Below are positions 50,183 to 59,490 of a stretch of DNA of 64,000 bases, piece by piece. Under the pieces are notes generated by a model. It saw nothing but the letters and a program-made list of their open reading frames with translations, was not told where the DNA came from and searched no databases. Made by a program: the position numbers and the translations under genes. This stretch comes from Thermoanaerobaculia bacterium. GTDB lineage: Bacteria > Acidobacteriota > Thermoanaerobaculia > Multivoradales > UBA5704. Position 1 is the stretch's first letter. Each line of letters opens with the position of its first letter. Location of the stretch: assembly GCA_035637095.1 (NCBI GenBank), contig DASPXX010000293.1, positions 284 through 64,283 on the forward strand, written 5' to 3'.

Positions 50183-51499
50183 TCAGGAAACCACCATCGC
50201 CCGGGCGATGATGCGCGCGATCCCGGCCAGCTGCTCGGGCCGGACCTCTCCCTCTTCGAGAGCGCGGACGAGATCGTCGACCGCGGCGCGCACCCCTCCG
50301 GCCAGATCGCGGCTCTGGAAGGCGATGCGAATCTCGCCGCCGAGCGCGCGCAGATTGGCACCTCGCCCCTGGCGGAGGAAGAGCGCCGCCAGGTCGAGGC
50401 CGACGAGGATCGCATAGCCGGCGGCCCCGGAACGGTGGAAAGCGTTCCAGGCTTCGCGGAGGAGGACCTCGGCCTGGTGCTCGTGCCGGCTCAACGCGGC
50501 GAGCAACCCCTCGATGCGGACCAGCACGGCCCGGTCCACCGCGGTCCGCCGCCGGGCCGGCCGCTCGGCCAAGAGCGCAAGGATGCGGCGCCCCCGGAGG
50601 GGATCGCCCAGGGCGGCGAGACAGCCGGCGATCCCCCATCCGCCGCCGAGGGCGAGCCCGGCATCGACCGCCGCCGCTCCCAGGGCCAGAACGCGGTCGA
50701 ATACCGTCACCGCGGCGTCCCAGTCCTCCTGGTCCAGGAAGACGGCGGCGAGGTCGATGAGGGCCAGGGCCTGATCCCGCGTCTGGCCGGCGCCGCCGAA
50801 CAGGGCGGCGGCGCGCTCCAGGAGAGCCTTGGCCTCGTCGAAGCGCCGCTGATCGCGGCGCACCCGGGCAAGTGTGTGGCAATACTCGGCGCTCTCGAGC
50901 GGATCGATGCTCTTCTCGAGATGGGGGACCGCGCGCACCAGGGCCTCGTCGGCATCCTCCAGACGGCCCGCCCTTCGGCACGCCTCGCCGGCGGCACACC
51001 AGGCGCCGATGGCCAGCCCCGTCTCGACTCCCGTTCCGGACTCCCGCGCGGCGAGCTTCTGCGCGATGGAAGCAGCCAGGCGCGCCAGCGACTCGGCCTC
51101 GGTTGCGTCCGCCACCTGCCAGCTCCGCTCGAGCAGCTTCCAGGCGACGAAGACGGTGCGGAAGCGGTGACCCGCCGCGAGATGTGCATGCCGCTCCCCC
51201 AGCGGCAGAGCGAGCAGCTCGGCGACCAGGGGCTCGGCCCGCCGGCGGCCTTTCTCCACCTGTGCGGCGGTATGGCTCATCTTCTCGGCCATGCGGGCGA
51301 AAGCCCTCTCGTACCGTTCCGGCTCCGGCGCCGGCGACCGAGGCTCGCCCGGACGCCGGCGCACCGGCCGCGGGCTCAGCAGACCCCACCCCTGCCGGGA
51401 GCAGCGCGGGCATTCCAGCAGATGGAGCACCAGGCCCGCATCGGCGACGGTCAGGGTCTGCAGGAAGATGCGCAGAATCGATGGTTTCGGGTGGTTCAT
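50183..51499 (-). CDS. TPR-like regulatory protein with N-terminal Cys-x2-Cys motif (438 aa), paralog of 52560..53699
   Basis: From the internal ATG: MNHPKPSILRIFLQTLTVADAGLVLHLLECPRCSRQGW.. then helical-repeat body (..LEKSIDPLESAEYCHTLARVRRDQRRFDEAKALLERAAALF..). Its ATG overlaps the stop of the upstream XRE gene (ATGA). Confidence 0.55.
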   Translation of the reverse strand: MNHPKPSILRIFLQTLTVADAGLVLHLLECPRCSRQGWGLLSPRPVRRRPGEPRSPAPEPERYERAFARMAEKMSHTAAQVEKGRRRAEPLVAELLALPLGERHAHLAAGHRFRTVFVAWKLLERSWQVADATEAESLARLAASIAQKLAARESGTGVETGLAIGAWCAAGEACRRAGRLEDADEALVRAVPHLEKSIDPLESAEYCHTLARVRRDQRRFDEAKALLERAAALFGGAGQTRDQALALIDLAAVFLDQEDWDAAVTVFDRVLALGAAAVDAGLALGGGWGIAGCLAALGDPLRGRRILALLAERPARRRTAVDRAVLVRIEGLLAALSRHEHQAEVLLREAWNAFHRSGAAGYAILVGLDLAALFLRQGRGANLRALGGEIRIAFQSRDLAGGVRAAVDDLVRALEEGEVRPEQLAGIARIIARAMVVS

Positions 51500-51909
51500 T
51501 GGCGGGGCCCTCCTTCCCCTTCTTCTCCGGCCGGCAGCGACCTGCCGGCGTAACGGTGCGCCATGATCAGCCCGTCGAGAAACAGGACGAGCGAGTCGCG
51601 CTGGGGCTCGGGCAGCTGCTCCAGAGCCGGCAGGCGCTCCCGCAGGCGCAGATCGACGCCGGGGTTGCGCGGTCCGCGTCCGGTCAGGAGATAGTCGGCT
51701 GTGACGTTGAACGTCTCGGCGACCCGCACGAGCACGGACACTCGCGGCATCCAGCACCCCCTTTCCAGCTTGCTGACCTGTTGCAGGCTGCACCCGATCC
51801 GCGACGCGAGCTCTCTCTGCTTCCACCCCCGGCCGCGCCGCAGGCGGGCGATCCGCTCTCCGACCTGTTTGACGACTGGTTTCTCATTGTCCTGGTCATT
51901 GTCCTGCAC
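51496..51909 (-). CDS. XRE-family helix-turn-helix transcriptional regulator
   Basis: ..VGERIARLRRGRGWKQRELASRIGCSLQQVSKLERGCWMPRVSVLVRVAETFNVTADYLL.. is a classic Cro/C1-type HTH. Translationally coupled to the TPR-like gene. Confidence 0.75.
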   Translation of the reverse strand: MQDNDQDNEKPVVKQVGERIARLRRGRGWKQRELASRIGCSLQQVSKLERGCWMPRVSVLVRVAETFNVTADYLLTGRGPRNPGVDLRLRERLPALEQLPEPQRDSLVLFLDGLIMAHRYAGRSLPAGEEGEGGPRQ

Positions 51910-52205
51910 GCCCGTCCTCCTTTGTCATAACGAGGATCATTGTTCGCAACCGGAGGACATATGTCAACGTTCCGCCTCATTTCTCCCGATGAAGTTGTGG
52001 CTTCCGGGCTGCCGGAGCGGGGCGTGAGGACAATCGTCCTATGTCACCGCCGGCGCGGCGACGCCGCAGAAGGAGCCGGAGGGCCGTCCGATTGACATGT
52101 TCAGGCGATAAGTTGCGACAATAGGTCTCCTCGACCCTGATCGGGTTGCGCCGCGAGCTCCGGGGCCATGGAGGCTCCGGTCGTCCCGCGGCCGGGAGGA
52201 CAGAC

Positions 52206-52445
52206 ATGTTCCGCACTTTGTTCCGCCGTGGCATCCCCATCCTCGCCCTGGCCCTCCTTCTCGTCGGATCGGCCCCCGCCGCCGCCCAGTCGTCGGGCCC
52301 AGAGCGCTGGGATGGGCTCTGGGGATGGCTGGTGAGCCTCTGGAGTGACGGTGAGATCACCACAGGAGACCGGGGGCTCGGGGCCGATCCGGACGGCGAG
52401 ACGAGCGAGGGGGATCGCGGCCTCGAGCTCGACCCGAACGGTTGA
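52206..52445 (+). CDS. Small secreted protein with internal tandem repeat (79 aa)
   Basis: From the internal ATG: MFRTLFRRGIPILALALLLVGSAPAAAQSSGPERWDGLWGWLVSLWSDGEI-TTGDRGLGADPDGE-TSEGDRGLELDPNG*. Signal peptide plus two copies of a (T/S)x(G)DRGL(G/E)xDP(D/N)G unit. Confidence 0.45.
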   Translation: MFRTLFRRGIPILALALLLVGSAPAAAQSSGPERWDGLWGWLVSLWSDGEITTGDRGLGADPDGETSEGDRGLELDPNG

Positions 52446-52559
52446 TCCGCCGCGGCAAAGCAGGGGCGGGAGCTCGCTGCCCCTGCTTTTTCATGGCTCG
52501 ACATCCCGCGGAGTGTGAGAGAATATACCCACTTTCCTTTCCGAGGGAACACGAGAGCC

Positions 52560-53699
52560 ATGGACGAGCACCCGACACCACGGATTCTGAAGGACTTGCT
52601 TCTTCTGGAACGCGAGCGCGCCGAGGCGGACGCCAGGATCGACAAGCTCCTCAGCGGCGGAAAGATGGGGGACGAAGCCGAGCTCTGGACCTGGGGTCTG
52701 TGCGAAAGGCTCCAGGAGAGGAGCTGGGAGCTTCGGCAGAAGGACCCTGCGAAGATGGTCGACCTGGCGCAGCGTGCCGTCGAGGTCGCGAAAAGCATCG
52801 ATCCCCAAAAGTATGGACCCGAGCACGTGGAGGACCTGTCGGCCCGTGCCTGGGCAGGGCTTGCCAACGCCTACCGCATCGCCGACCAGCTCTCTCGCGC
52901 GGAGACGGCCTTCAGCAAGGCGTTCGAAGCCCGCCGGCGGGGGACCGGCTCACCGCTCCTCCAGGCTCGTTTGGCTGAGATCTCGGCTTCCCTTCTCTGC
53001 GATCAACGCCATTTCCCTGAGGCCTTCCGGCTCCTCGACTTCGCTCATCAGACCTATCTACGGCACCATGCTCTTCATGAGGCTGGACGTGCACTCATTC
53101 AGAAAGGCATCCACGCGGGACGAAGCGGCGATCCAGAAGATGGCATCCAGCTGATCGCCCGGGGGCTCCGCCTCATCGACCGAGCCCGCGATTCCAAGCT
53201 GGTCTTTCAATCTCTCCACAACATTCTTCTCTTTCGGGTCGAGCTCGGAGACTTCAAGTCCGCCCGGCGGCTGATTTTCGAGATGCGTCCCCTCTACGAA
53301 TTCCAGGGTGACCAAATCGCAAAGGTGAAGCTGCGCGGGATCGAGGGGAAGGTCTTCTTGGGCCTGGGCGAGATCGACCGCGCCATCCGGGCCTTCCAGC
53401 AGGCCAAGGACGGGTTCCTGGGATTGGGCCTGGACTACGATGCGGCCCTCGTCTCCTTCGACCTCGCGGTGGTCTGGCTCGAGCAGGGCAAGAAGGAGGA
53501 GGTGCGCCGGCTCCTGCACGAGATGCTGGAGACCTTCCGTACCCGCTACATCGCCCGCGAAGCGATCGCCGCCCTCATCATGCTGCGCGATTCGGCCGAC
53601 GAAGGCGAGCTGACGACCGAAACCGTAGAGATGATCGGCGGGCTCTTCCGGGCCTTCAAGAAAAGGCCGAAGGAGCCCGACATCGGGGAGCCGGACTGA
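52560..53699 (+). CDS. TPR-like regulatory protein, paralog of 50183..51499
   Basis: MDEHPTPRILKDLLLLERERAEADARID...LQERSWELRQ...AKSIDPQKYGPEHVEDLSARAW.. parallels ..LLERSWQ.. and ..EKSIDPLESAEYCHTLARV.. of the other copy. All-helical repeat protein. Confidence 0.55.
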   Translation: MDEHPTPRILKDLLLLERERAEADARIDKLLSGGKMGDEAELWTWGLCERLQERSWELRQKDPAKMVDLAQRAVEVAKSIDPQKYGPEHVEDLSARAWAGLANAYRIADQLSRAETAFSKAFEARRRGTGSPLLQARLAEISASLLCDQRHFPEAFRLLDFAHQTYLRHHALHEAGRALIQKGIHAGRSGDPEDGIQLIARGLRLIDRARDSKLVFQSLHNILLFRVELGDFKSARRLIFEMRPLYEFQGDQIAKVKLRGIEGKVFLGLGEIDRAIRAFQQAKDGFLGLGLDYDAALVSFDLAVVWLEQGKKEEVRRLLHEMLETFRTRYIAREAIAALIMLRDSADEGELTTETVEMIGGLFRAFKKRPKEPDIGEPD

Positions 53700-53702
53700 T
53701 CC

Positions 53703-54158
53703 CTACCCGCTCTTCGGCGTCTCCGGCCCCGCGGTCTCGTCCGGATCGGACAGCCCCCGCCGCTTCAGCTCCTGGCGGACCGCCCGCAGCACGATCTCCT
53801 CGACCTGCTCGGCGGTGAGCGACACGGGCTCCTTCTTCTCGTCTTCCGCCTTCGGGGCTTCGGCCGCCTCCTTCAGCACCTTGTCCGGGTCGAGCCCGAG
53901 CGCCTTCAGGACCCAGCGCGAATCCTGCGGCGGTGAGACCTCGAAGAAGAAGCTCAGCGGATCGCGGTTCAGCTCCCGCGCCAGCCGGTAGACGTGCCAG
54001 ACTTTCAGCTCGATCCGTCCCCGGAACAGGCTCCCCAGATACCCCTGCCCCAGGCCCAGGCTCCGCTCGATGTCCCGGCGCGACCGCCGCGCGTCGTGGA
54101 TCGCCAGGTCGAGAAGGTCCAGCATTCTCTGAACCTCCATGTCTTCCAGAGGGCTCAT
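53703..54158 (-). CDS. XRE-like HTH domain protein
   Basis: ..DIERSLGLGQGYLGSLFRGRIELKVWHVYRLARELNRDPLSFF.. is an HTH-XRE-like N-terminal domain with a charged C-terminal tail. Convergent with the second TPR-like gene. Confidence 0.55.
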   Translation of the reverse strand: MSPLEDMEVQRMLDLLDLAIHDARRSRRDIERSLGLGQGYLGSLFRGRIELKVWHVYRLARELNRDPLSFFFEVSPPQDSRWVLKALGLDPDKVLKEAAEAPKAEDEKKEPVSLTAEQVEEIVLRAVRQELKRRGLSDPDETAGPETPKSG

Positions 54159-54248
54159 GACGGCAGGAAGTCTAGAACGGAATCTGCCGCTTCTCCAGGG
54201 TGGAAACGATTTCTCCCTGGGGCCTCCTTCGCGCTATATTGCGCCCCC

Positions 54249-56393
54249 ATGACCGAGACCGACGGCACCTTCCAGAAGCTGCGCGAGCTCGCCAACAACC
54301 TCTGGTGGTCCTGGCAGCCCGACATCCGGGCCATCTTCCGCGAGCTCGATCCGGAGACCTGGCGCATCGTCTATCACAACCCCGTGGCGCTCCTGCAGCG
54401 GATCAACGCCGAGGAGATCTCGCGCCGCGTGCAGGATCTGGAGATGCAGACCCGGATCAACCAGGCCCACCGCCGGCTGCGGCAATATCTGGAGGGCCGC
54501 GAGAGTTGGGGCGCGGTCCACGCCGGCCCCCTCCAGGCGTTCCCGGTCGCCTACTTCTCGGCCGAGTTCGGCCTCCACCAGTCGCTGCCGATCTACTCCG
54601 GAGGCCTCGGAGTGCTGGCCGGCGACCACTTGAAGAGCATGAGCGACCTCGGGGTGCCGGTGGTCGGCGTCGGTCTCCTCTATCACCAGGGGTACGTGCA
54701 CCAGCTCATCGACGAGAACGGCTGGCAGCAGGACCTGTACGAGCCCATCTCGGCCGCCGAGCTGCCGGTGGAGGAGGTGCTCGACAGTCAACTTGACAAT
54801 CAGGGGCTTCAGGTCCGCTTTCCGGTCGAGCTGCCGGGCCGCGAGGTCTGGGTGCGGCTCTGGGGCGTGGCGGCCGGCCGCAGCCGCCTGCTGCTGCTCG
54901 ATGCCCGCGACGAGGCCAACTCACCCGAGGACCAGGAGCTCACAGCACGCCTCTACGGCGGCGACCAGGAGACCCGCGTCCAGCAGGAGATCCTGCTCGG
55001 CGTCGGAGGCTTCCGCGCCCTCCAGAAGGTGGGGATCACGCCGTCCGTGCTCCACCTGAACGAGGGGCACTCGGCCTTCGCCCTCCTCGAGCGCGCCAGA
55101 GAGATCGTCGAGCGGCAGGGGCTCGACCCCAGCGACGCCCTGCGCGAGGTGGCGGCGGCGAGCGTCTTCACGACGCACACGCCTGTCGAGGCCGGCCACG
55201 ACCACTTCCGGGCCGACCTCGCCGGCAAGCATCTGGAGGCGCTGGCCCGCGGCCTCGGCATGCCTCTCGACCAGGTCATGAAGCTCGGCGCCGAGCGGCC
55301 GAACGATCCCAATGCGCCCTTCTGTCCGACCGTGCTCGCGCTGAACCTCACCCGGCGCAGCAACGGCGTGTCGTCGCTGCATGGCCGGGTCTCGCGCAAG
55401 ATGTGGCATCACCTCTACCCGGGACGCACCGAGGAGGAGGTGCCGATCGGGCACATCACGAACGGCGTGCACGTCCGCACCTGGCTGGCGTCCGACATGC
55501 ACGCCCTCTTCATCCAGTACCTGGGGCCGCGCTGGCTCGAATCGCTCAGCCGGCCCAAGCTGTGGAGCCGGACGGCGCGCATTCCGGACGCCGAGATCTG
55601 GGAGGTGCACCAGGTGCTCAAGGCGCGTCTGGTCACCTTCGTGCGCCGCCGCCTGGCCGACCGCCGCGAGCGTCTCGGCCTGCCGGATCCGGACCGCGAG
55701 CCGCTCGATCCCGAGGCCCTGACCCTGGGCTTCGCCCGCCGCTTCGCCACCTACAAGCGGGCCGACATCCTCTTCCAGGACCTCGACCGGCTCGACCGTC
55801 TGGTCAACGCACCCGAGCGGCCGGTGCGGATCGTCTTCGCCGGCAAGGCCCACCCGCGCGATACGGGGGGCAAGGCGCTCGCCCAGCGGGTGGCCAACCT
55901 GGAGCGCGATCCGCGCTTCGCCGGCAAGGTCGTGTTCGTGGAGAACTACTCGATGCACGTGGGCCGCCAGCTCGTCCAGGGCGTGGACGTCTGGCTCAAC
56001 ACGCCGCGCCGCCCGCTCGAGGCGTGCGGCACCAGCGGGCAGAAGTGCATCCTGAACGGTGCGCTCAACTGCTCGATCCTCGACGGCTGGTGGGCGGAGG
56101 CCTACGACGGCGCCAACGGCTTCGCCGTGGGCACGGGCGAGATCCACGCCGATCCCGACGTGCAGGATGAGCGCGACGCCGCCGCTCTCTTCGAGACCCT
56201 GGAGCGCGAGGTGGTGCCGCTCTACTACGACCGCGATGCCGCGGGGCTCCCGCACGGCTGGATCCGGCGGATCAAACGGGCCATCCGCACCCTGGCGTGG
56301 CGCTACAACGCCGACCGCATGGTGATGGACTACGTCCGCGAGTGCTACCTCCCCGCCGCCGGCGGCGACACCTGCCGGATGCCGGCAGCCTAG
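54249..56393 (+). CDS. glgP: Alpha-glucan (glycogen/maltodextrin) phosphorylase, GT35 family
   Basis: From the internal ATG: MTETDGTFQKLRELANNLWWSWQPDIRAIFRELDPETW.. (DUF3417-type N-terminus). ..GGLGVLAGDHLKSMSDLGVPVVGVGLLYHQGY.. and ..FARRFATYKRADILF.. (pyridoxal-phosphate lysine region) are typical of alpha-glucan phosphorylases. Confidence 0.9.
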   Translation: MTETDGTFQKLRELANNLWWSWQPDIRAIFRELDPETWRIVYHNPVALLQRINAEEISRRVQDLEMQTRINQAHRRLRQYLEGRESWGAVHAGPLQAFPVAYFSAEFGLHQSLPIYSGGLGVLAGDHLKSMSDLGVPVVGVGLLYHQGYVHQLIDENGWQQDLYEPISAAELPVEEVLDSQLDNQGLQVRFPVELPGREVWVRLWGVAAGRSRLLLLDARDEANSPEDQELTARLYGGDQETRVQQEILLGVGGFRALQKVGITPSVLHLNEGHSAFALLERAREIVERQGLDPSDALREVAAASVFTTHTPVEAGHDHFRADLAGKHLEALARGLGMPLDQVMKLGAERPNDPNAPFCPTVLALNLTRRSNGVSSLHGRVSRKMWHHLYPGRTEEEVPIGHITNGVHVRTWLASDMHALFIQYLGPRWLESLSRPKLWSRTARIPDAEIWEVHQVLKARLVTFVRRRLADRRERLGLPDPDREPLDPEALTLGFARRFATYKRADILFQDLDRLDRLVNAPERPVRIVFAGKAHPRDTGGKALAQRVANLERDPRFAGKVVFVENYSMHVGRQLVQGVDVWLNTPRRPLEACGTSGQKCILNGALNCSILDGWWAEAYDGANGFAVGTGEIHADPDVQDERDAAALFETLEREVVPLYYDRDAAGLPHGWIRRIKRAIRTLAWRYNADRMVMDYVRECYLPAAGGDTCRMPAA

Positions 56394-56722
56394 AGGACCG
56401 CGTCCGCCTTCGCCGCCAGGATGAGGTCGTTTTCGCTCAGGCCCCCGATCGAGTGGGTCCAGAGCGTCACCTTCACCTTGCCCCAGGTGAGAAAGATGTC
56501 GGGATGGTGCCCCTCCCGCTCGGCCACCTCACCCAGGCGGTTGACGAAAGCCAGCGCCTCGGCAAAGTCCTTGAAGCGGTACTCCTTCTCCAGATGGTGC
56601 TCGCTGACCAGCGTCCACCCTTCGAGCTGCCCATAGAGCCGGCGCAGCTCCTCGCCTTTGAGGGCCTGAGTCCCCGCCTCGCAGGGCTGGCAGGAACGAG
56701 AAGTCAGATCCTCCGTCGTCAT
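56390..56722 (-). CDS. Pterin-4-alpha-carbinolamine dehydratase (PCD/DCoH)
   Basis: MTTEDLTSRSCQPCEAGTQALKGEELRRLYGQLEGWTLVSEHHLEKEYRFKDFAEALAFVNRLGEVAEREGHHPDIFLTWGKVKVTLWTHSIGGLSENDLILAAK. The [EDKH]-x(3)-H-H-P motif and overall length match PCD. Confidence 0.85.
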   Translation of the reverse strand: MTTEDLTSRSCQPCEAGTQALKGEELRRLYGQLEGWTLVSEHHLEKEYRFKDFAEALAFVNRLGEVAEREGHHPDIFLTWGKVKVTLWTHSIGGLSENDLILAAKADAVL

Positions 56723-56916
56723 CACCACACCTCCTTCGCAAAACCGCAAACCGCGCGGCTCCTCGCCGGACAGTCTATGGCAATTCGTATCCGCAGCAAC
56801 CGGCGTGCCGCGGAGTGGCGCACATCTTGCTCCTTCCCTGTCCGGGAGCGATCGGCGCTTCCACGGAGACCCTGGACCTCGTCCTCGGCAGATCCATCCA
56901 GTGACTGGGGGAACCG

Positions 56917-59490
56917 ATGCAAACCCATTCCCGGCTCCACACCTTCCGGCGCGACCTTGCGGAGCTCCCGCCGGGCCGGCGGCGTCTCCTGGTTGCCTCC
57001 CTCGCCGTCTCGTGCCTGCTCTTCCTGGCGGGCTTCTCGTTCACCGCCTACCTCTGGCACCTGGCGCGCCAGTTCCCGGAGGCGCCCTTCGCGCAGCCGT
57101 CCCGGCTCTATGGACAGGCCACCCTGCTCGCGCCGGGAGAGCCGGCGAGCAGCGCCCAGCTGGTCGAGGAGCTGCGCCAGTCGGGGTACCGGGAGAGCGC
57201 AGACCACGGGCAGGCCCTCGCTCGCGGGACCTTCCGCCGCCGCGGCGATCTGGTGGAGGTCCACCTGCGCCCCTTCCGCACACCCGCAGGCGTGGGAGGC
57301 GGCGCGCCCGTCGCGGTGGAGATCCGCCATGGCCGGATCGCCCGGCTGCGCGTCGCCGGCCGGCCGGCGGAGGCCGCCGCCCTCGAGCCGCCGCTCCTGG
57401 CTTCCTTCTATGGCCCCGAGGTGAACGAGAGGCGGCCGGTCACTCTCGACGAGCTCCCTGACGAGGTGGTCCGCGCGGTCCTCGCGGCCGAGGACGACAA
57501 CTTCTTCGGCCATCCCGGCATCTCGCCGACCGGCACGGCCCGCGCCCTCTGGGTGAACCTGCGCGGCGGCTCGATGCAGCAGGGGGGGAGCACGATCACC
57601 CAGCAGCTGGTCAAGAACCTCTATCTGACCAGAGAGCGGACGATCCAGCGCAAGGTCAAGGAGGCGCTGATCGCGGTGATCCTCGAGATGCGCTACGGCA
57701 AGCGGGCGATCCTCGAAGCCTACCTGAACGAGGTCTACTGGGGGCGTAGCGGGCCGGCCAACATCGTCGGTCTCGGAGCCGCCGCGCACGCCTGGTTCGG
57801 CAAGGACGCCGCCGAGCTCTCCCTTCCCGAGGCGGCCACCCTCGCGGCGATGATCCGCGCTCCCAGCGACTCCTCGCCGGTCGCTGACGCCGCCAAGGTC
57901 CTCGAGCGCCGCAACTGGATCATCCGGCGCATGGCCGAGCTCGGCTGGATCACTCCGGCGCGCGCCGGCCTCGCCGTGCAGGCGCCTCTCGCTCCCGATC
58001 CGCACCCGGTCGACGCACACCCGCTCGCGCCGTACTTCGCCCGCTTCGCGGCCGAGGAGGCCCGGGAGCGCTTCGGCATCGAGGATCTGGCGGACAAGGG
58101 ATATCTCCTCTTCTCGACCGTCAGCCCTCGCGAGCAACGGAAGGCTGAAGGGTCCGTCTCCCAGGGCCTCACCGCTCTGGAGAACGGATGGGAGCGCCGC
58201 CGCCGCGCGCACGGCCCTCTCCAGGCCGCTCTCGTCTCGGCCGATCCGCGCAACGGCGCCATCCTCTCCTGGGTCGGCGGGCGGGACTTCTCGACAAGCC
58301 AGTTCGACCGCGTCTCGCAGGCGCGGCGTCAGGCCGGGAGCGCCTTCAAGCCGGTGATCTATGCCGCGGCGTTTCGCAACGCGGTGGCCAACCCGGCCAC
58401 GCTGCTGCGCGACTCCCCGATCCTGGTGCGGGTCGGGACGACCGAGTGGCGGCCGCAGAACAACGACCGCGGCTTCCGCGGCTGGGTGACGGTGCGCTCC
58501 GCCCTGGAGCAGAGCCTGAACATCCCCACCGTGCGCCTCGCGCTGCAGGTGGGTCTCCCCCAGGTGATCGAGACGGCGCGGGACTTCGGCATCCAGGAGG
58601 AGCTGGAGCCGGTCCCCTCGCTGGCCCTCGGGGCCTTCGAGGTCACTCCCCTGGAGATGACGCGGATCTATGCGACGCTCGCCGACGGCGGCGCCCGCCC
58701 GGCGCTGCACGGTCTGGCCGCGGTGAGCGACCGCTTCGGCGAGCCGGTCCTCGGCGACGACCTGGAGGCGCCGCGCCGGGTGCTCCCGCCGCAAACGGCG
58801 TGGCTGGTGACCTCGATCCTCCAGGGGGTGGTGGACCGCGGCACCGGCGCGGGAGTCCGCCGGCTCGGGATCCGCGACCCGCTGGCCGGCAAGACCGGCA
58901 CCACCAACGACCGCCGCGACAGCTGGTTCGCGGGCTACTCCCCCGACCGGGTGACGGTGGTCTGGGTGGGCTACGACGACAACTCCGAGACCCACCTCTC
59001 GGGATCGCGGGCGGCGCTGCCGATCTGGAGCCGCTTCGTGGCCGCCGTCCGGCCGTCCCGCGGCTTCCTCCCCTTCGTGCCGCCGCCGGGCATCGTGGAG
59101 GCGACGGTCGATCCGCTGACCGGAGAGCTCGCCACCCCGTTTTGCCCGTACCGGGTGACCGAGCAGTTCGCCGAGTGGCAGGCGCCGAGCGAGCCCTGCC
59201 ATCTCCACGCACCCGGAGGCACCCAGACCTGGGCGGACATCAATCTGAATGGTGTGCCGATCGATCCGGCCACCGGGCCCGCGGGGCTCGGCGCCCCGGG
59301 CCAGGCCTTCTCGCCGTATCCCGTGGAGATCGATCCGCAGGCGGCGGACACCACCGAGGCGGCGGAAGGCTCGATCCTGATCCGGCCGTCGCGGCGCGAG
59401 CCGGTCGAGCTGTCCGAGCCGCCTCCACCCACCGCGGACGGGGCGCCGATCGGAGCACCGGCGACCGATCCGGCGCCGCCTCCACCTTGA
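56917..59490 (+). CDS. Class A penicillin-binding protein (GT51 transglycosylase + transpeptidase)
   Basis: TM anchor. GT51 motifs ..AAEDDNFFGHPGISPTG.. and ..GGSTITQQLVKNLYL... Transpeptidase motifs ..QAGSAFKPVIYAAAF.. (SxxK), ..SLN.., ..KTGTTND.. (KTG). Confidence 0.9.
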   Translation: MQTHSRLHTFRRDLAELPPGRRRLLVASLAVSCLLFLAGFSFTAYLWHLARQFPEAPFAQPSRLYGQATLLAPGEPASSAQLVEELRQSGYRESADHGQALARGTFRRRGDLVEVHLRPFRTPAGVGGGAPVAVEIRHGRIARLRVAGRPAEAAALEPPLLASFYGPEVNERRPVTLDELPDEVVRAVLAAEDDNFFGHPGISPTGTARALWVNLRGGSMQQGGSTITQQLVKNLYLTRERTIQRKVKEALIAVILEMRYGKRAILEAYLNEVYWGRSGPANIVGLGAAAHAWFGKDAAELSLPEAATLAAMIRAPSDSSPVADAAKVLERRNWIIRRMAELGWITPARAGLAVQAPLAPDPHPVDAHPLAPYFARFAAEEARERFGIEDLADKGYLLFSTVSPREQRKAEGSVSQGLTALENGWERRRRAHGPLQAALVSADPRNGAILSWVGGRDFSTSQFDRVSQARRQAGSAFKPVIYAAAFRNAVANPATLLRDSPILVRVGTTEWRPQNNDRGFRGWVTVRSALEQSLNIPTVRLALQVGLPQVIETARDFGIQEELEPVPSLALGAFEVTPLEMTRIYATLADGGARPALHGLAAVSDRFGEPVLGDDLEAPRRVLPPQTAWLVTSILQGVVDRGTGAGVRRLGIRDPLAGKTGTTNDRRDSWFAGYSPDRVTVVWVGYDDNSETHLSGSRAALPIWSRFVAAVRPSRGFLPFVPPPGIVEATVDPLTGELATPFCPYRVTEQFAEWQAPSEPCHLHAPGGTQTWADINLNGVPIDPATGPAGLGAPGQAFSPYPVEIDPQAADTTEAAEGSILIRPSRREPVELSEPPPPTADGAPIGAPATDPAPPPP

